Source: Chrysomallon squamiferum (taxonomy: Eukaryota > Animalia > Mollusca). From it: a DNA stretch of 64,000 bases. The stretch covers positions 186,001-250,000 of the forward strand of contig CM022677.1 of assembly GCA_012295275.1 (NCBI GenBank), written 5' to 3'. Within the stretch, counting starts at the first letter, position 1, and every line of letters begins with the position of its first letter. Both the position numbers and the translations under genes were made by a program. Positions 1 through 15,737 of this stretch are shown here, in pieces. The notes beneath the pieces were generated by a model, which ran no database searches, was not told where the DNA came from, and saw only the letters and a program-made list of their open reading frames with translations.

Positions 1-801
1 AGGATGATGAAGATGGTGAGCTGACAGTGACAGCTATCTGTGAGTTGAGATTGAATGATGTGATGGAGATAGCTCAGGACCTGTGTGAGTCGCTCAGAAG
101 AGAAAAACGACTCAAATTCAGAGTTCAAGAGTTAGTGTCTGCTCTAGAGAAAATCTCTAAAAACTCAGAAATCAGACATCAGCAGTCAGCAGAGTTTGTC
201 AATGACCTGAAACGAGCTAACAGGTAAAGATACAGGTGTATGCATGTCATGCATAATCTACATGTTCTACACTAAACATTGGTCTATGCAAACACATACA
301 CACGTTTCAAACAGAAATTCATATTATATTTAAAAATATTTTTATTATAAACTTATAATTATAATTATATAAACAGTATATAAACTGACATAATGTCATT
401 GGTTTTTCTTGTTGGGATTTTTTGTGGAAGATTTTTTGTGTAGTATTAAATAAAACTGTTGTTATTAACATTTATATATTTCTAACATAAATTGCATCTT
501 TTTTTGTTTTGTTTTGTAGTGATAGGATTAGTATTTCTGTAATATAAATGACATATCTAATATAATCTTTATTTTCGTTTATTTTCCCCCCATAGTGCCT
601 TAATACCATAAACTAATTTTATATATTATTATTATTTTTTTTTTTTCTTTCTCTCACAGTGCCTTGATATCAGCGTTTAATAAAGCAAAGAAGATGTACC
701 AGAGCAAGCTGAAGAAACTTGAGTCTCAGTTACAGGGGATGACAAATCGCTACGAGGCCACCAACCAATTAGACTTCATTATAGCAGATCTGGGATTTTA
801 A
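1..801 (+). CDS. MCC: MCC (colorectal mutant cancer protein) homologue, 3' coding exons <1-223 and 660-801; C-terminus divergent or truncated
   Basis: Spliced translation ...LRREKRLKFRVQELVSALEKISKNSEIRHQQSAEFVNDLKRAN/SALISAFNKAKKMYQSKLKKLESQLQGMTNRYEA closely matches the remembered MCC C-terminal coiled coil (RVQELVSALERLTKSSEIRHQQSAEFVNDLKRANSNLVAAYEKAKKKHQNKLKKLESQ). Phase-2 GT donor at 224 and AG acceptor at 658-659 are in frame. Stop at 799-801. Confidence 0.85.
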
Positions 802-1277
802 ATTAACCAATCGCTATGATTGTAACAAAATTCTGTGAGTTCTGTTATCCAGTCACTGTGTCGGTAAGAAAAGACTGGTAAAAAAGTATGTAATTTACCA
901 ATCATGTAACTATGGTGATCTGAGAGTTAAAAATAGCCAGTCATGGTGTCTGTAATAAAAGACTGGCCACTGATCTGTAATAAACCAATCATCATGAATG
1001 TAACAAATGACCCACCAAAAGTATTTGGAATGATCCAATCAGTGTTGTTCTTGAAACTTCAGGCCAGAGAAATATTGGCATTATTCAGTACCTTGGACCA
1101 TTCAAACAAATGTGGAAATGAAACATTATTGTGAAAGAACTTTGTGTTTATTTTGACCAACGTCTGTGACCAAAATGAACAAAACAGACATTACAGAAAA
1201 CACTTCATTTAAATTACCATTGATGAACTAAAGAAAATATTTGTGTGACTCAGTGTCAAAGGATCACCAGTTACATC
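760..1277 (-). pseudogene. Degenerate coding-like segment with repeated H-x-D-W motifs (unidentified)
   Basis: Minus-strand frames give YIHDDWF, YRHHDWL, LHDW, YRHSDWI, YNHSDWL, KSNWL, with stops and frameshifts. An acceptor-like TTCTTCAG lies near 1280. Confidence 0.3.
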
Positions 1278-2029
1278 TGAAGAAACAATACAACACAATG
1301 GTACAACACACTAGCCAATTAAAGTAATTAATAAATAATAATTAATAATAGTAAATAATTATAAATAGAGACAGATAGAAACAAGTTAATGAGGCAGAGA
1401 CAAATGACAGAGACAACTGAATTATACTGAGACAAGTCAGATACAAATGAGACAGAGACAAGTTATAAAGACAGCTAAGTGAATGAGAGAGACAGCTGAA
1501 TGATATATTTTACTTTCATTCAAACACTCAAAGAATGAACAGATTATGTAAGTATGTACATTTCATTAATGTTTTCATGTTGACATTTTTCTTTGATTCA
1601 TATAGAAAAAATAAAAACCTTTCTCACAGATAAATGAGACAATTCCAGTGAAAGTCTGTCATTGCTGTCACTGTGCATAGAAATATTTCTCCATATTCTT
1701 AATAATGCTTTTATGATTTTTTGAAAAGACTAACTATTTTAGTGAATACTAGTGACATTTCATGCTTCTTTCATTTTTCAGATATATTTTAAAATATAGA
1801 AATAAGACAGTTTTGAAGCAGTAATTTAACGTTAGTCCTAGAAGCATAACATAATATTTATTAATAGGTTGAAATAGTATATACCTGTTGAGAAGTTATT
1901 ATCTATGTTTAACAAATAGAGAAGTAAATAATAACACTTCTATAAGACCAGTAAGATTGATTGGAATAGGATTATTGCATTATTTTCCTCTAAGCATGCA
2001 AAAACAAATAAATAATTAAATTAATAAGT

Positions 2030-2600
2030 AAGTAATAACGTCAGAAACAACACCGTTATGACGACAACAACGGCGATATTAATAAAAACTAATAATACAT
2101 TTTAATGGGATACGGACACTAAGAAATTAAGAACAACCCCTTACGACGGCGACATTAATAGATACAATAACAATATATTTTAATACAGGATTCGTATGGT
2201 CAGAAAGTAAGAATAACAGCGAATAAAAAGCATAAAAGAATAATGAAAACTACATCGAGAACGTTAAGAACAACGCCATTACGACGGCAAATAGTAACAA
2301 TATATTCCAGTATAGGATGGTAAGAATAACAAATTTTAAAACACGTAAACTAATAATGACAAGTACACCAAAACGTTCAGAACAACGCTGGTACGGCAAT
2401 GACGGCGTCATTAATAGAAATGGTAGTAATAATTTTTAACATGGGATGTGGACACTATGAAAGTTTGAAAAGTAGTTAAGTGAAAGCAAAAGAATAAGGA
2501 GATGTAAACCGAAAACGTTGAGAATGACGGCAACGATGGCGACAGTAATAGAAATTACAATAATATATTTTAATAGGTGATGCGGCCGCTCAGAAACTAA
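2030..2600 (+). repeat. Degenerate tandem (satellite-like) repeat, unit about 110-120 bp
   Basis: Recurring motifs AAGAACAACGCC(G/A)TTACGACGGCGACATTAATAGAAA and GTACACCAA..CGTT.AGAACAA. The same family recurs at 42100-42660 (-) and 44275-44830 (+). Confidence 0.6.
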
Positions 2601-2791
2601 CTTGAACGTTCTCAGTAAATGAAGAGGAAATACGACCCCTAGCACCCGGATTTAAAACGCGTGTCTGTAGATCTCCAGTATACATATTTAGTCATGTTTT
2701 TAAAACATCGTTATTTTGTTATGTTTTTATATTTTTATTTGCACTTTTGGTTCGTGCGACTGTTTCTCCAATTTTATTTTTCATGGTGTGT

Positions 2792-2836
<45 letters not shown>

Positions 2837-3152
2837 CTGGGTGAAAAATTTAAAAGTAAATCACATTTTGTTTTGAAATTTATCTTGCAGTTTAGTATTT
2901 TTAAACGAGACTTTAAGAATAATAATCATAATTAAAACAAATAATAACGAATTGATGAATTAGGTATTATTTTTAATAAAAAAAGAAATGAAATTAAACA
3001 AAGTAACTAAATTAATTACTTAATTAATTAAATTAATAAGTAAATAAATAATATAACTCATTTTCTGTCAATTCATGTAAAGAAAGAAATGTCTGTGGAC
3101 TTTCAACTTCAAAACAGTTAAAGTGAAACTAATTTAGCAGACAGTTTGAAGT

Positions 3153-5042
3153 TTACTTTTTACACCATGTAAATATTTTTATTTCTCCGCTGAAGCTCTC
3201 TCCCATGTACAATTTGTTGTCATCACAACAGACACACCAAGGACTGGACAGTCCCTCCTGGTCAGTGAGGATGTCACATGTAATGTTACCATCTCGTGAC
3301 AACTGAACAACACAATTTCTATCAAAATCACAAACAAAAATATTTCCCTCCCTGTCACATGTAACACCTGCCAAGTCTCTCAGTTTGTGTGAATCACGTG
3401 ACTCCCATTTGACGTCACCCGATGACGTCACACAAACTAAACTTTTTGCATTTGACACAACAATCAGACATTGATCGTTAACTGTGAGACACGACGGTCT
3501 GGGGATCAAATCTGTTGAGATAGAATTAATGAGCTGACCACTGTCTGTCAGTATGTCCAAGCACTGACTTCTGAACTCAGTGACCGCGAGACGGTTGCCT
3601 GGTAACACAGCGATAAACTGATACTGTTTATCAGTGTTGACTGTTTTTACCAGTTTGAAGTTTTTCAAATTTAAAAACAATATTTTACTTTCATGTGGCA
3701 GAGCAACAACAACAACAACATCACCCCGCTGATCACGTGATTCAGCAAGACCACATGGTTCACAGGAAGTTTCGATTCTGTTTATCAGTGATTTTCTTTC
3801 TAAACAAAAACATTTTACACATTTATTGTAACAATCACTAACAACAATTTTACTTTTGTCTGCACCTGACACCAGCATGGAAAACTGAACAGGATCTTCT
3901 TTATCTTTTTGTGTTAATGTGTTAATGGTGTCTGTGTGTTTGAGTGTGTCTGTCTGTCTGTCTATCTGTGTGTCTGTTTGGATGATTGTGGATATTTCTC
4001 CAATGTCGACTGACATTTCTGCCTTTTTGTCAGATTTTATCAGATTTATTTTAAACTTTGCTTTTTCTATTTGGGAACGAGATTTGGACAGAAACTCGGA
4101 AGTTGTGTTTTGAAGTTTGGTGAATTTTAAAATGTTAATTTTTACATCTGACTCTGATTTTCTTGTCAGCAAATCTTCCCCCAATTTTAGCATTCTTTTG
4201 TTTTCCTCAATCAGATGTTTGTGTTCATTGAATAATTTGTCTATTTCTGAGTTTACAAAGTTCTGAGATTTTTCTATTTCTCTTATTAACCTGTCTTGTT
4301 CTTTGTGGACTGCGGCAGTAAAATCTGTGATTAGTGTGTTACCAATCCTTCTGACCTCTTCTGTGGTGTCCACCACGTTGATGTCGACGGCTTGGCGAAG
4401 TTGCTCAATCATGTCATCCATCTCTGTCTGAAGAGCTTCTTTAAAGGTTTTGAGACTTTCAGAAACAGAACTCAGAATTGAAATGTGAAAACCCTTTTTA
4501 GCTGAAATAAATAAATAAATACAAAAATAACCAATAAGTCAATTAATTAATTAACTAGAACTACTATTATTAATAAAGGTATGCCGACAATGTGAAGTTT
4601 TAGAATTTATGTTATCAGCTACTTTAAAAATGTCAAATAAAATTTCCTCTATTTCTTTAGCTTGTGATGGTTAATATCTTTAGTTAAAAGTCACTAATTC
4701 TTTTCTTTTTTTAATATTTTATTGTAACGAATCTAAACACAACACTGCTGACTCACAAAACTTTGATTGTAGTCTATCATTAGCGGCGTCCTGTAGTGAA
4801 AGGTTTATAGGGAATTGATCTGCCCATGTATTCACTGGTTTCGAGCTGTCTGAGATGTGGACATTCTGCCTGCAGAACGGGCAGCAGATTTGTATGTCGT
4901 TGTTGTTGTAATTATGACTTATATAGTCCTGCAGGCATTTGCTGCAGAACGAATGTCCACAGTTTAACATTCGCGGCTTCTTGAAAAGTTCGGCACAAAT
5001 GCAGCACGAAAGATTATCATCAGAGTTTGCAGCTGTTGCCAT
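3153..5042 (-). CDS. TRIM-like E3 ligase: RING-HC + coiled coil + NHL/beta-propeller C-terminus, no B-box; exons 5042-4757 and 4501-3153, about 544 aa
   Basis: Exon 1 encodes MATAANSDDNLSCCICAELFKKPRMLNCGHSFCSKCL...CPFCR (C3HC4 RING). The GTGAGT donor at 4756 is phase 1 and joins in frame to the TTTCAG acceptor (exon start 4501; SKKGFHISILSSVSESLKTFKEALQTEMDDM...). Then a coiled coil and NHL-like blades (IVVSDCYNKCVKCF, GVTCDREGNIFVCDFDRNCVVQL, GLSSPWCVCCD). No internal stops. Confidence 0.85.
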
Positions 5043-5074
5043 ATCTGTGAATAACAATAACAAAATAAATAACA

Positions 5075-5147
5075 CTAATAACAATAGCAACAACATAGAA
5101 GAATCAGAGAAGATAAAAAGGAAAATACAGAGAAAGAAAAATGTAAC

Positions 5148-5179
<32 letters not shown>

Positions 5180-5301
5180 AATAAATAAATAACAATAAGA
5201 GATAACAAGAATAGTAGTTAATAACAATAATAACAACAGCAACAACATAGAAGAATCAGAGAAGATAAAAAGGAAAATACAGAGAAATAAAAATATAACT
5301 A

Positions 5302-5346
<45 letters not shown>

Positions 5347-5385
5347 TAAATAAATAAATAAATAACAATAAGAGATAACAAGAAC
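5075..5385. repeat. Local tandem duplication (about 150 bp x2) immediately upstream of the TRIM start exon
   Basis: AGCAACAACATAGAAGAATCAGAGAAGATAAAA(A)GGAAAATACAGAGAAA...AATAACAATAAGAGATAACAAGAA occurs twice. Confidence 0.8.
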
Positions 5386-6252
5386 AGCAGTGGAGGTCAA
5401 AATTAAAAGATTTTTGAATCAAAACCACAAACAAACAAAAGTAAAGAACAAATTCACACACAAAATACAAATAAATTATCAATTCCGTTTACTTCAAAGG
5501 GCCAACGGAATATACAAATAAATAAATAAATGAAAGGATAAAATAAATAAATAAACGTGCGAATTTAATTATAAAATTATAAATATGCCATTTAAGCTAC
5601 TCATTTATTCATTCATTTATTAAATTTATTTTGTATGTAAAAAAAAATAAAAGAACTATTAAAGTGAATTACAAACATGCTAAATTTAACGTTGTGACTT
5701 AAGTTTGAGAAGGAAAACGACAGTTCTTCTGTAATACGTTATATGAAACAAAGCATGAAATAAATAAATAAATAAATAAATAAACATTTGTGACGTGTCC
5801 ATGAATGTAATTTCGCACACCACTAGTTCGGCCTATGCTACGTAACCAACCAAGCTCACTCATTTTCATGGTAAAACTCGAAGGTAGACAATGAAAGAAA
5901 CGTGACATTCACAGAAGTAATGTATTCAGTGTAATAACAACGAAACATTTCATAATAAACGAATATATTTCTGATTACTGCTGAACATTATTTTATTAAC
6001 GTCGAACTCAACACATTTTTAATCTGCAGTTAAATGGCTTCATTCACCGATAAAGTAATCGAGAAAGATAAATGCGACAACACATCGCCAGACACTGCTT
6101 TTCTCTGACCACTGAGGCACACCCTCCACTCTAACACAAAACAATTTTGTACAGGAATTATATTATGAAAATAACCTAGATTTCTGTTTTATTTTATAAT
6201 ATCTTACACTAACGAAATAACAAGAACAACAACAACAACAACAAATATCATA

Positions 6253-6292
<40 letters not shown>

Positions 6293-6300
6293 CTTCTTAC

Positions 6301-6450
6301 CTTTGTCTTAAGAAATGAAAATGTTAACACTTGCAAACAGTTCTCTTCTATTCGTCTGCAATGTCAGTTTGCTGGCGGACAAGTCGGTTTTGACAGACGT
6401 CACTGGGTGAGTGGAATATACCAATTTCAATAAAGGGGTGGACGCCTTGA
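6301..6450 (-). promoter_or_regulatory. Candidate 5' non-coding exon / promoter of the TRIM-like gene
   Basis: The TRIM ATG is preceded by an acceptor (CACAG AT ATG), which implies an upstream UTR exon. A strong minus-strand donor AAAG|GTAAGA sits at 6300, next to a locally CpG-richer block with a TGACGTC (CRE-like) motif near 6397-6403. Confidence 0.4.
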
Positions 6451-7029
6451 AATTTTCTAGAACACTTTTGTTTCTTCTGAAAAAAAAAATCGTGTTCGTT
6501 TTAAATGCTTTTCTTAAAGTAAACAGCAGTAAAAGTAACAACTACCTTAACATAGTTAGAGCAGTTCATTAATTTTTAAAATGCGTGTTACAGTCTATCA
6601 CACATGTGGTAATAATAGACACAGCAACTGGTTTGTAGAAGGTCGGAGAAAAATAATACATTTAGCCGCCAAAATTTTATCGTGTTTAAACTTGAATAGT
6701 GAACTGGCGGTTTCAAGTCTTTCGTAAGATATATAAATAAACTGTATAAATCAGAACACACACACACACACATATATAACTATATGGTTTATAAACTAAA
6801 TAATTCAGTATATTATGATACATATTTCATTAGTTAACTGATCTAAACACATACTATTTGTTTCCATGCATGAATGAGAGAGAGCATTTCTTAAGTGTTT
6901 GACAATGTTATGTTCATCCAAGTGCACAAAGGAATGTCACGTTTATTGTCACAAATACACGCAAACTACAAGTAATATTGTAAATTTGAAACATTTAAAA
7001 TATTTATTATTTTAATAACAGATTAATAT

Positions 7030-9435
<2,406 letters not shown>

Positions 9436-9702
9436 AGAAAGCGGAGGCAAAAACAAAACACTACACACCAAAGAATATAATTTTTTTTCTAAATAAATAA
9501 ACAAAAACCAACCAACCAAACAAACAAACAAAAACATTTGCAATATTATTGAAATAAATAGCATTAAATAACAAGTAAATGTCAAACCATTTAACATTAT
9601 AATGTTTTCAATGTTGCTGTTGGATCTCTGTCTAAGTGTCTGTGTGTCCAACTATCTTTCTCAATTTTATTTGTCACCATTAATTTCTACAAATCTCTTT
9701 AC

Positions 9703-11120
9703 GGGCCCTGTCACCCTCCTCTTAGATTATGTGAATCAGTCCCTTGTTTAAACTAACTTGAACGTGCACAGTAAACAAAAGACGAAACATAATCTCTAAC
9801 ACCTGGATTTAAAACACGTGTCTAAGATATCCAGTGACGTATCAAATTGAATTTGTAGTCACGTTTTTCGTATCCAGGGTATTCCTTTTCTTTTCTTTAA
9901 CCTACCATTTCTCTTGTATTTATTTATTTATTTATTTCTATGTCTTCCTTTACATATTTTGTCGTTGTTTGCACGTGTGAAAGAGAGAGACGGGACACAC
10001 ACACACGCACACAATAGTACCTCGAGTTGAGAGCAGTCGCCCGGTCGATGTTTTGCTTTGACTTGCGAGACAGAATCCGAGTTATGAGCGAGTTTCAGAA
10101 GCTGAAGGAGACGATAAAGGCTTTTTGAGGGGCTGGAACAGATTAATATGGTATTTCATTTAATTTCAGTTGGGAAAACTGATTTGATATAAGAGCAAAT
10201 TGAGATACGAGCTCGGCCATACATATATAGAAGTTGTTGTTACTGCTCTTGTTACGTTAAAACGCACGTGTGTGTGTGTGTGTGTGTAACTGATTTCTAT
10301 TGTAATCTATTTTAGAAAGATGACGTCACAAAATTTACTTTTAGGACTGCAAACATCATATCTCTCTACTTATAGGTTTATCCTGTCTCATTCAACAACG
10401 AAAAAATATGTAAATGAAGATATAGTAAATACAAACATAAATAAATAACTAATTAAATAAATAAGTAGTAGAAGTAGTAGTAATAGTAGTAGTAGTAGTA
10501 AAAGGACCATAATTCCTATTACTTTTGTTTGCTATTATTATTATTATTATTACTATTACTAATATTACTAGTTCTACTGTTACTATTACTACTAGTACTA
10601 CTACTAATAATAATAATACAACTCAGCTATAAATACTACTTGCTAATATATATATTAGTTGTTACTGTTCTTGTTACGCTAAAATGCATATGTGGGTATG
10701 TGTGTGTGTGTGTGTGTTCTGTCTGTGTCGGTGAAAGTGATTTGTATTGTAATCTAGTTTAGAAAGATGACGTCAAAATATTTGTTTGTAGCAAAAACCA
10801 TATAGGTTATGATGTTTTAGAAAACTGAAATCAAATAAAAAAAAAATAATAATAATAATAAATAACAAAACAAACAAACAAATAAACTAAAAAAAAAAAA
10901 TAAAAAATTATGGTTTTGTTCCTCATCCCATAAACACTGAAGCCTCAGTACCGGCCCTGTTCCCCTCCTCTGTGATTATTGTGAATCAGTCCCTTGCTCC
11001 AACTAACTCGAGCGTGCATAGAGAAGAAAAGACGAAACATGATTTGTAACACCGGGATTTAAAAGACGAGTTTACAGATCCCCAGTGAGGATGCAGTTTA
11101 GTATCTAGTCACGTTTTTGA
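9703..11120 (+). repeat. Older diverged direct repeats: 9703-9870 ~ 10952-11120 (partial third copy 2595-2700); 10232-10330 ~ 10657-10780
   Basis: Shared strings GGCCCTGT..CCCTCCTCT..GATTAT.GTGAATCAGTCCCTTG, AACTAACT(T/C)GA(A/G)CGTGCA, GGATTTAAAA, TAGTCA(C/T)GTTTTT, and TTAGAAAGATGACGTCA. Confidence 0.75.
10012..10218 (+). mobile_element. Tigger/pogo-like MITE remnant
   Basis: Starts with a CA.T.GTACCTCGA.TT terminus-like string. Contains CTGGAACAGATTAAT...GGGAAAA.TGATTTGA.ATAAGAGCAAATTGAGATACGAGCTCGG, which resembles remembered Tigger-like MITE ends. The right TIR is missing. Confidence 0.5.
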
Positions 11121-13002
11121 GATATCAGTTACTAAGTTTTGTTGTTTGTACGTAGTAATGAGAAAGAGGGTCAAAGATCATCCTTCGTAGCTGTGAATAG
11201 AACATTTTATACAATGCGTCATACAGTAATAATATAATTAACAATAATAATAACAATAATAATAATAATAACAACAACAACAACAACAGTAGCTGCGGCA
11301 AGGACAATAGGATTAATAACAACAACAACCACAACAACAACAATACTAATAATAAAAGTAATAACAATACAAAATAATAACGATAACTGTTTGAACAATA
11401 ACAGCAACGACACCAAAACAATATCAATGATAATAACGCCTTCAGCTGTGTTGTGATAGTTTTGATTCCCTTTTCATGTTTATTTTCAGCATTTTTTAAT
11501 TTTATTTTTTTCTATTTCTGTGGTTCCCTCGTTAGTTCAGTCGTCATTTTGTTCGTTCGATTGCTCATTTTTATTTAATTTAATTTATTTATGCACCATT
11601 ATATCTCTCTACTTATCGGTTACGAAGTATTGGAAAACTGCATCCAAATTGAACAAAAAAAAAAATATATATAATAATAAATAAATATAATGAGATGACC
11701 ATATATGGCAAGTGCTGCCTTTAATTTAAGGGATGGAGTGGACATTGCAAGACCTTAAACAATTGCTAGAGAAGTTAGCGAAACTGGTCGTGTGGGTTTT
11801 TTCTGTACTGGTTTGATGTTTTTCGTTTTGCAATTTTTATTAAGATTTGTTTTATGATCCTGATGAGTTTGTCCGCCAGAGTTACATGTTGTAAATGTTA
11901 TATTGCTGTATCAGGAATTACCTAATATTAAAGCTCTTGCATTGGAAACTCGTCTTGTTTGTTCATTCCTTACATATTACGCATGTATATTATACAGACA
12001 TATAGCTATCTAAGAGAACCGCTTGCTTCCCCTCCCCATTACATTTAGTGTTAGAAGTGGGATTGTAAGGCAATTATGATATTTGGAAATAGCTGAAAGA
12101 CAACTAATACCCTCACCATGTTATTCAAGAACATTTGAACTTTTTTTCACATGAATACTGATATTAATAATAACGACATATTTATGTAATTAGAATTCAC
12201 GTTAATATTAAGTTCAGTATGTGGATGTTGCACAAATTTGTTCCGGTCTACCTGTAATTTGGATTATGAAAATATATTTTATTTTTGTAGCATATTCCTT
12301 TGAATATTAATTCATAAGTTAATAAGGTGCATGGAACGTTTGGAGAAACGAACAAGTAAAGGAACTATGAACATGTTCATTTCAGATAATTTAACGATAA
12401 GTCAAATATTATTTTCTTCTATAGTCATTGAAGTGCAGTACGATTGCGCTTTTATTAAATCTTTAATTCTATTTTAGGTAACGTATTTCTACGTTTAAAC
12501 GCTTTATTTTCCAAAGAGTGTTCTCTTTTTGTGGCGTGTCCATAACGTCTTCATACTTTAACGCAATAAATACAGTTTTATTTTGCCAGTAATTTAGTTT
12601 TTCACTCTTTTTTTAGCAGAAACATTGCTCATCCAAGTATGTTTCTTGGCCACAGTGACAACACTTTCACGTGATTAGACAGTGCAGAAATTGACGCGTT
12701 TAAACACTTTGACATGTGTTGCTGGGGCGTTGAATGCTTGCCAACATGATTAGTTGATTGCTTATTGTGAAACATTATTGAGCAACAGGCTTTTATTAAA
12801 TGAATTTTAGTTGCTTTTTAATGTAGTATTGAAGTAAATGTTTAGAAGCTTTTTACTGTCTATATAATAGCTTAGTTAGAAAAATGTTTTATATATCATG
12901 TCCAATTATTTTGTTTTTCCTAAGGGTAAGTATTTATGCCATAAAAATAATTTTTCACTTCCTATTGCTTTGTTTTGTATTTTTCTGTTATTACTATTAT
13001 TA

Positions 13003-13122
<120 letters not shown>

Positions 13123-15678
13123 ATCTGCCTCAAAGTAGAAAGGTGAGTCGCTACTTTAACAAATCAGCTTCATTTATTAAATAAATAAAAATATCCTGTT
13201 TTAAAAAATAACAAACAACGAGAATACATTAAATGTTACATATCAAAACAAATTTTATATTAATATATATAATGTTTGTCTTCTTTTTTCCAGTCATTAA
13301 CTTAATGCATTAAGTTGTGACATTACAAGAAATTAGTTCAATCTAAATTTGTTAACAGTCAGTGTTAAAGTAACATGACAGTTCATATGTAAAACCTGTT
13401 AGCGCTTATGTTTATAATTATATTGTATCACATAACAATTATAGTAAGTTTCAGATGCTTCTATGCTGAAATAAAACAAGTTTATTTTTGCATTCAGCTT
13501 TCTTAGATTAAGCTTACATTTGGCATCATTTTGTACTATATATAAGATTTTAGAAAAAGAGATTGCGTTGGGCATCAACTAATAAAAGTGAACATAACAA
13601 AACATAGAAATGATAATAATAATGTTTCCTTACTGAGTAATGTTTTACTTTTTCCATGGTAACACGTCTCCTAGCACTTTGACATTCATGATTTGTTCAC
13701 CACTGGCAACAAGCTTCAAACATGGATGTTTGGGGATATTTAATGTTTGTTTCTATGCGTGAAAAAGATAGTTCTTGAATGTTTGACATTGTCAGGTTCA
13801 TTCAGTTGACACAAGACAGATATGATTAAAAATAAAACAACATCACAAATATACGCAAACTACGAGTATAATTGTAATTGTAAATTATAATAAATTTTAT
13901 TATTTTTATAAGTGTAATTAATCTAATCTCTCTCTCTCTCTGAGATACACCTGCATATACGTGTGTGTGTGAGTGTGTGTGTGTGTGTGCGTGAAACAAA
14001 TATCACTGAGTAAAATTATTATTTAATGACAGTATAATTAAACTGATTTTCTGATATTAATTATTATATGAAATGTGGTGATAATGTGCAGCTGATTCGC
14101 ACTCTGTTTATCTACAGCTTCGTCAATAAATTTACAGAAATAAACGTAATTTATTTTAACATAGGTTGCCGCTTCTTTGTGTTTTTTGTCGCTACTTTCT
14201 GTTATTTGTCATTTCGTCCGTTTCTTTCCTGTGGAAAATTTATACACACACATTTTTTTCTCAGGAAAGAAAAGGTCAAATGACAAAGTCAAATCTCCGT
14301 CTTTTGTTCAGTTAATAGCATCAAGGGGAAAAAAAAAGCAAAAAAAAAAAAAAAACATCTTGAATTTGGCCACTGCAAGGAGATTAAGATAAGATTTTGT
14401 TTCATTGAAGAACAAAGGAGATTTTTCTTCTTCTGCTTCTATCTTTCTTTGTTTTGTTTTCTTTTTTTCTGTTATATAGCTTTTCAAGTCTCGATTCACC
14501 GCATAACCTATTTTGAAACTGGTTCAGATAACATTTTATTTGTTAGTGAAGCGAAACTTACTATGTTGTTTGTTTGCTGGTGTGAACAATGAAACAAGTT
14601 ACGAGTGTTTTAGAATGACAGATTTATTCAGGAGACCATACTCCACATAGAAAAATTATGTAGATAAATCGACTTGTTAAATAACGAAATAAAATACATT
14701 ACAATTAAACAAATACAACACAAACGTACAATTGGTCACGTTTCAACATAATTTATGTCAGTGTTAAACTAATTTCCCGATCTAACATATTATAATCTGA
14801 ATTTCATCAAATTTATTTCCCGATCTAATAGTCGACAGTATGTGCAAATATTAATATTTCTGAATGTAATTTATGTACTTATACATATCTCGCTCAGTCT
14901 GTATAAATGTAACCTACAAATACTAATTTTTTTATAAAGTGACTCTTTTCATCTAAGAAAAGAAAGAAAGAAACTTTTTTATATACGTGAGTAAAAGTTA
15001 TTATTTTCTGTCAGAGAGAATATCAGTATTTTATATTATATTTGTTTAAAGTTTAAATAATAAACTATCTAGAATGAGGGTTTTCTTAAATATATCATTA
15101 ATCACGATGAGTAAAATACTCGAGCGAAAAGGAAGATGTTTTAAATTACACACCTATACACACACACGTACACACACATTCACATACATATATACACACA
15201 ACACAAATACATTCACATATATACACATACATACACAACTCACACATACACACACATATACCCACAAACACAACACACACACACACACATACAGAATACA
15301 CACAACGCATACAGACACATTCACGCACAATACACCAACGCACAATACACCAACACACATGCACACACACGACACAGCAACCACATCCTACATTGTCAAT
15401 TTAACAGAAGTTTAGATTCTGTTTGTTTATCGAGGCGAAACATACTTGGCTGTTTACTTGGCTGACAAAATTGATAAATAGTGTGCAGTATGTGAAGTAG
15501 AATATATTTCCTAAAATTTATCACTCGCAGTAATTAAAAATAAATAAATAAATAAATAAAGTAAAATAACAGATGTATTATTATTAGCAGTTTTGTGATA
15601 ATGGTTATACAAGTATTAGTATTAATAGTAGCAGTTGTTGCTCCTGTACAATATTTTTTATCCTTAATTTTGTTTTTA

Positions 15679-15737
<59 letters not shown>

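Noticed and set aside
5043-5195. Hydrophobic N-terminal extension (TM-like) of the RING ORF
   Set aside because: Intronic simple repeats. A CAG acceptor lies just before the MATAA start, and the pseudogene copies have the same arrangement.
11700-12800. Higher-complexity stretches (also 15960-16100 and 43700-44280) that might be further exon remnants
   Set aside because: Manual translation gave no recognisable motif; a database search is needed.
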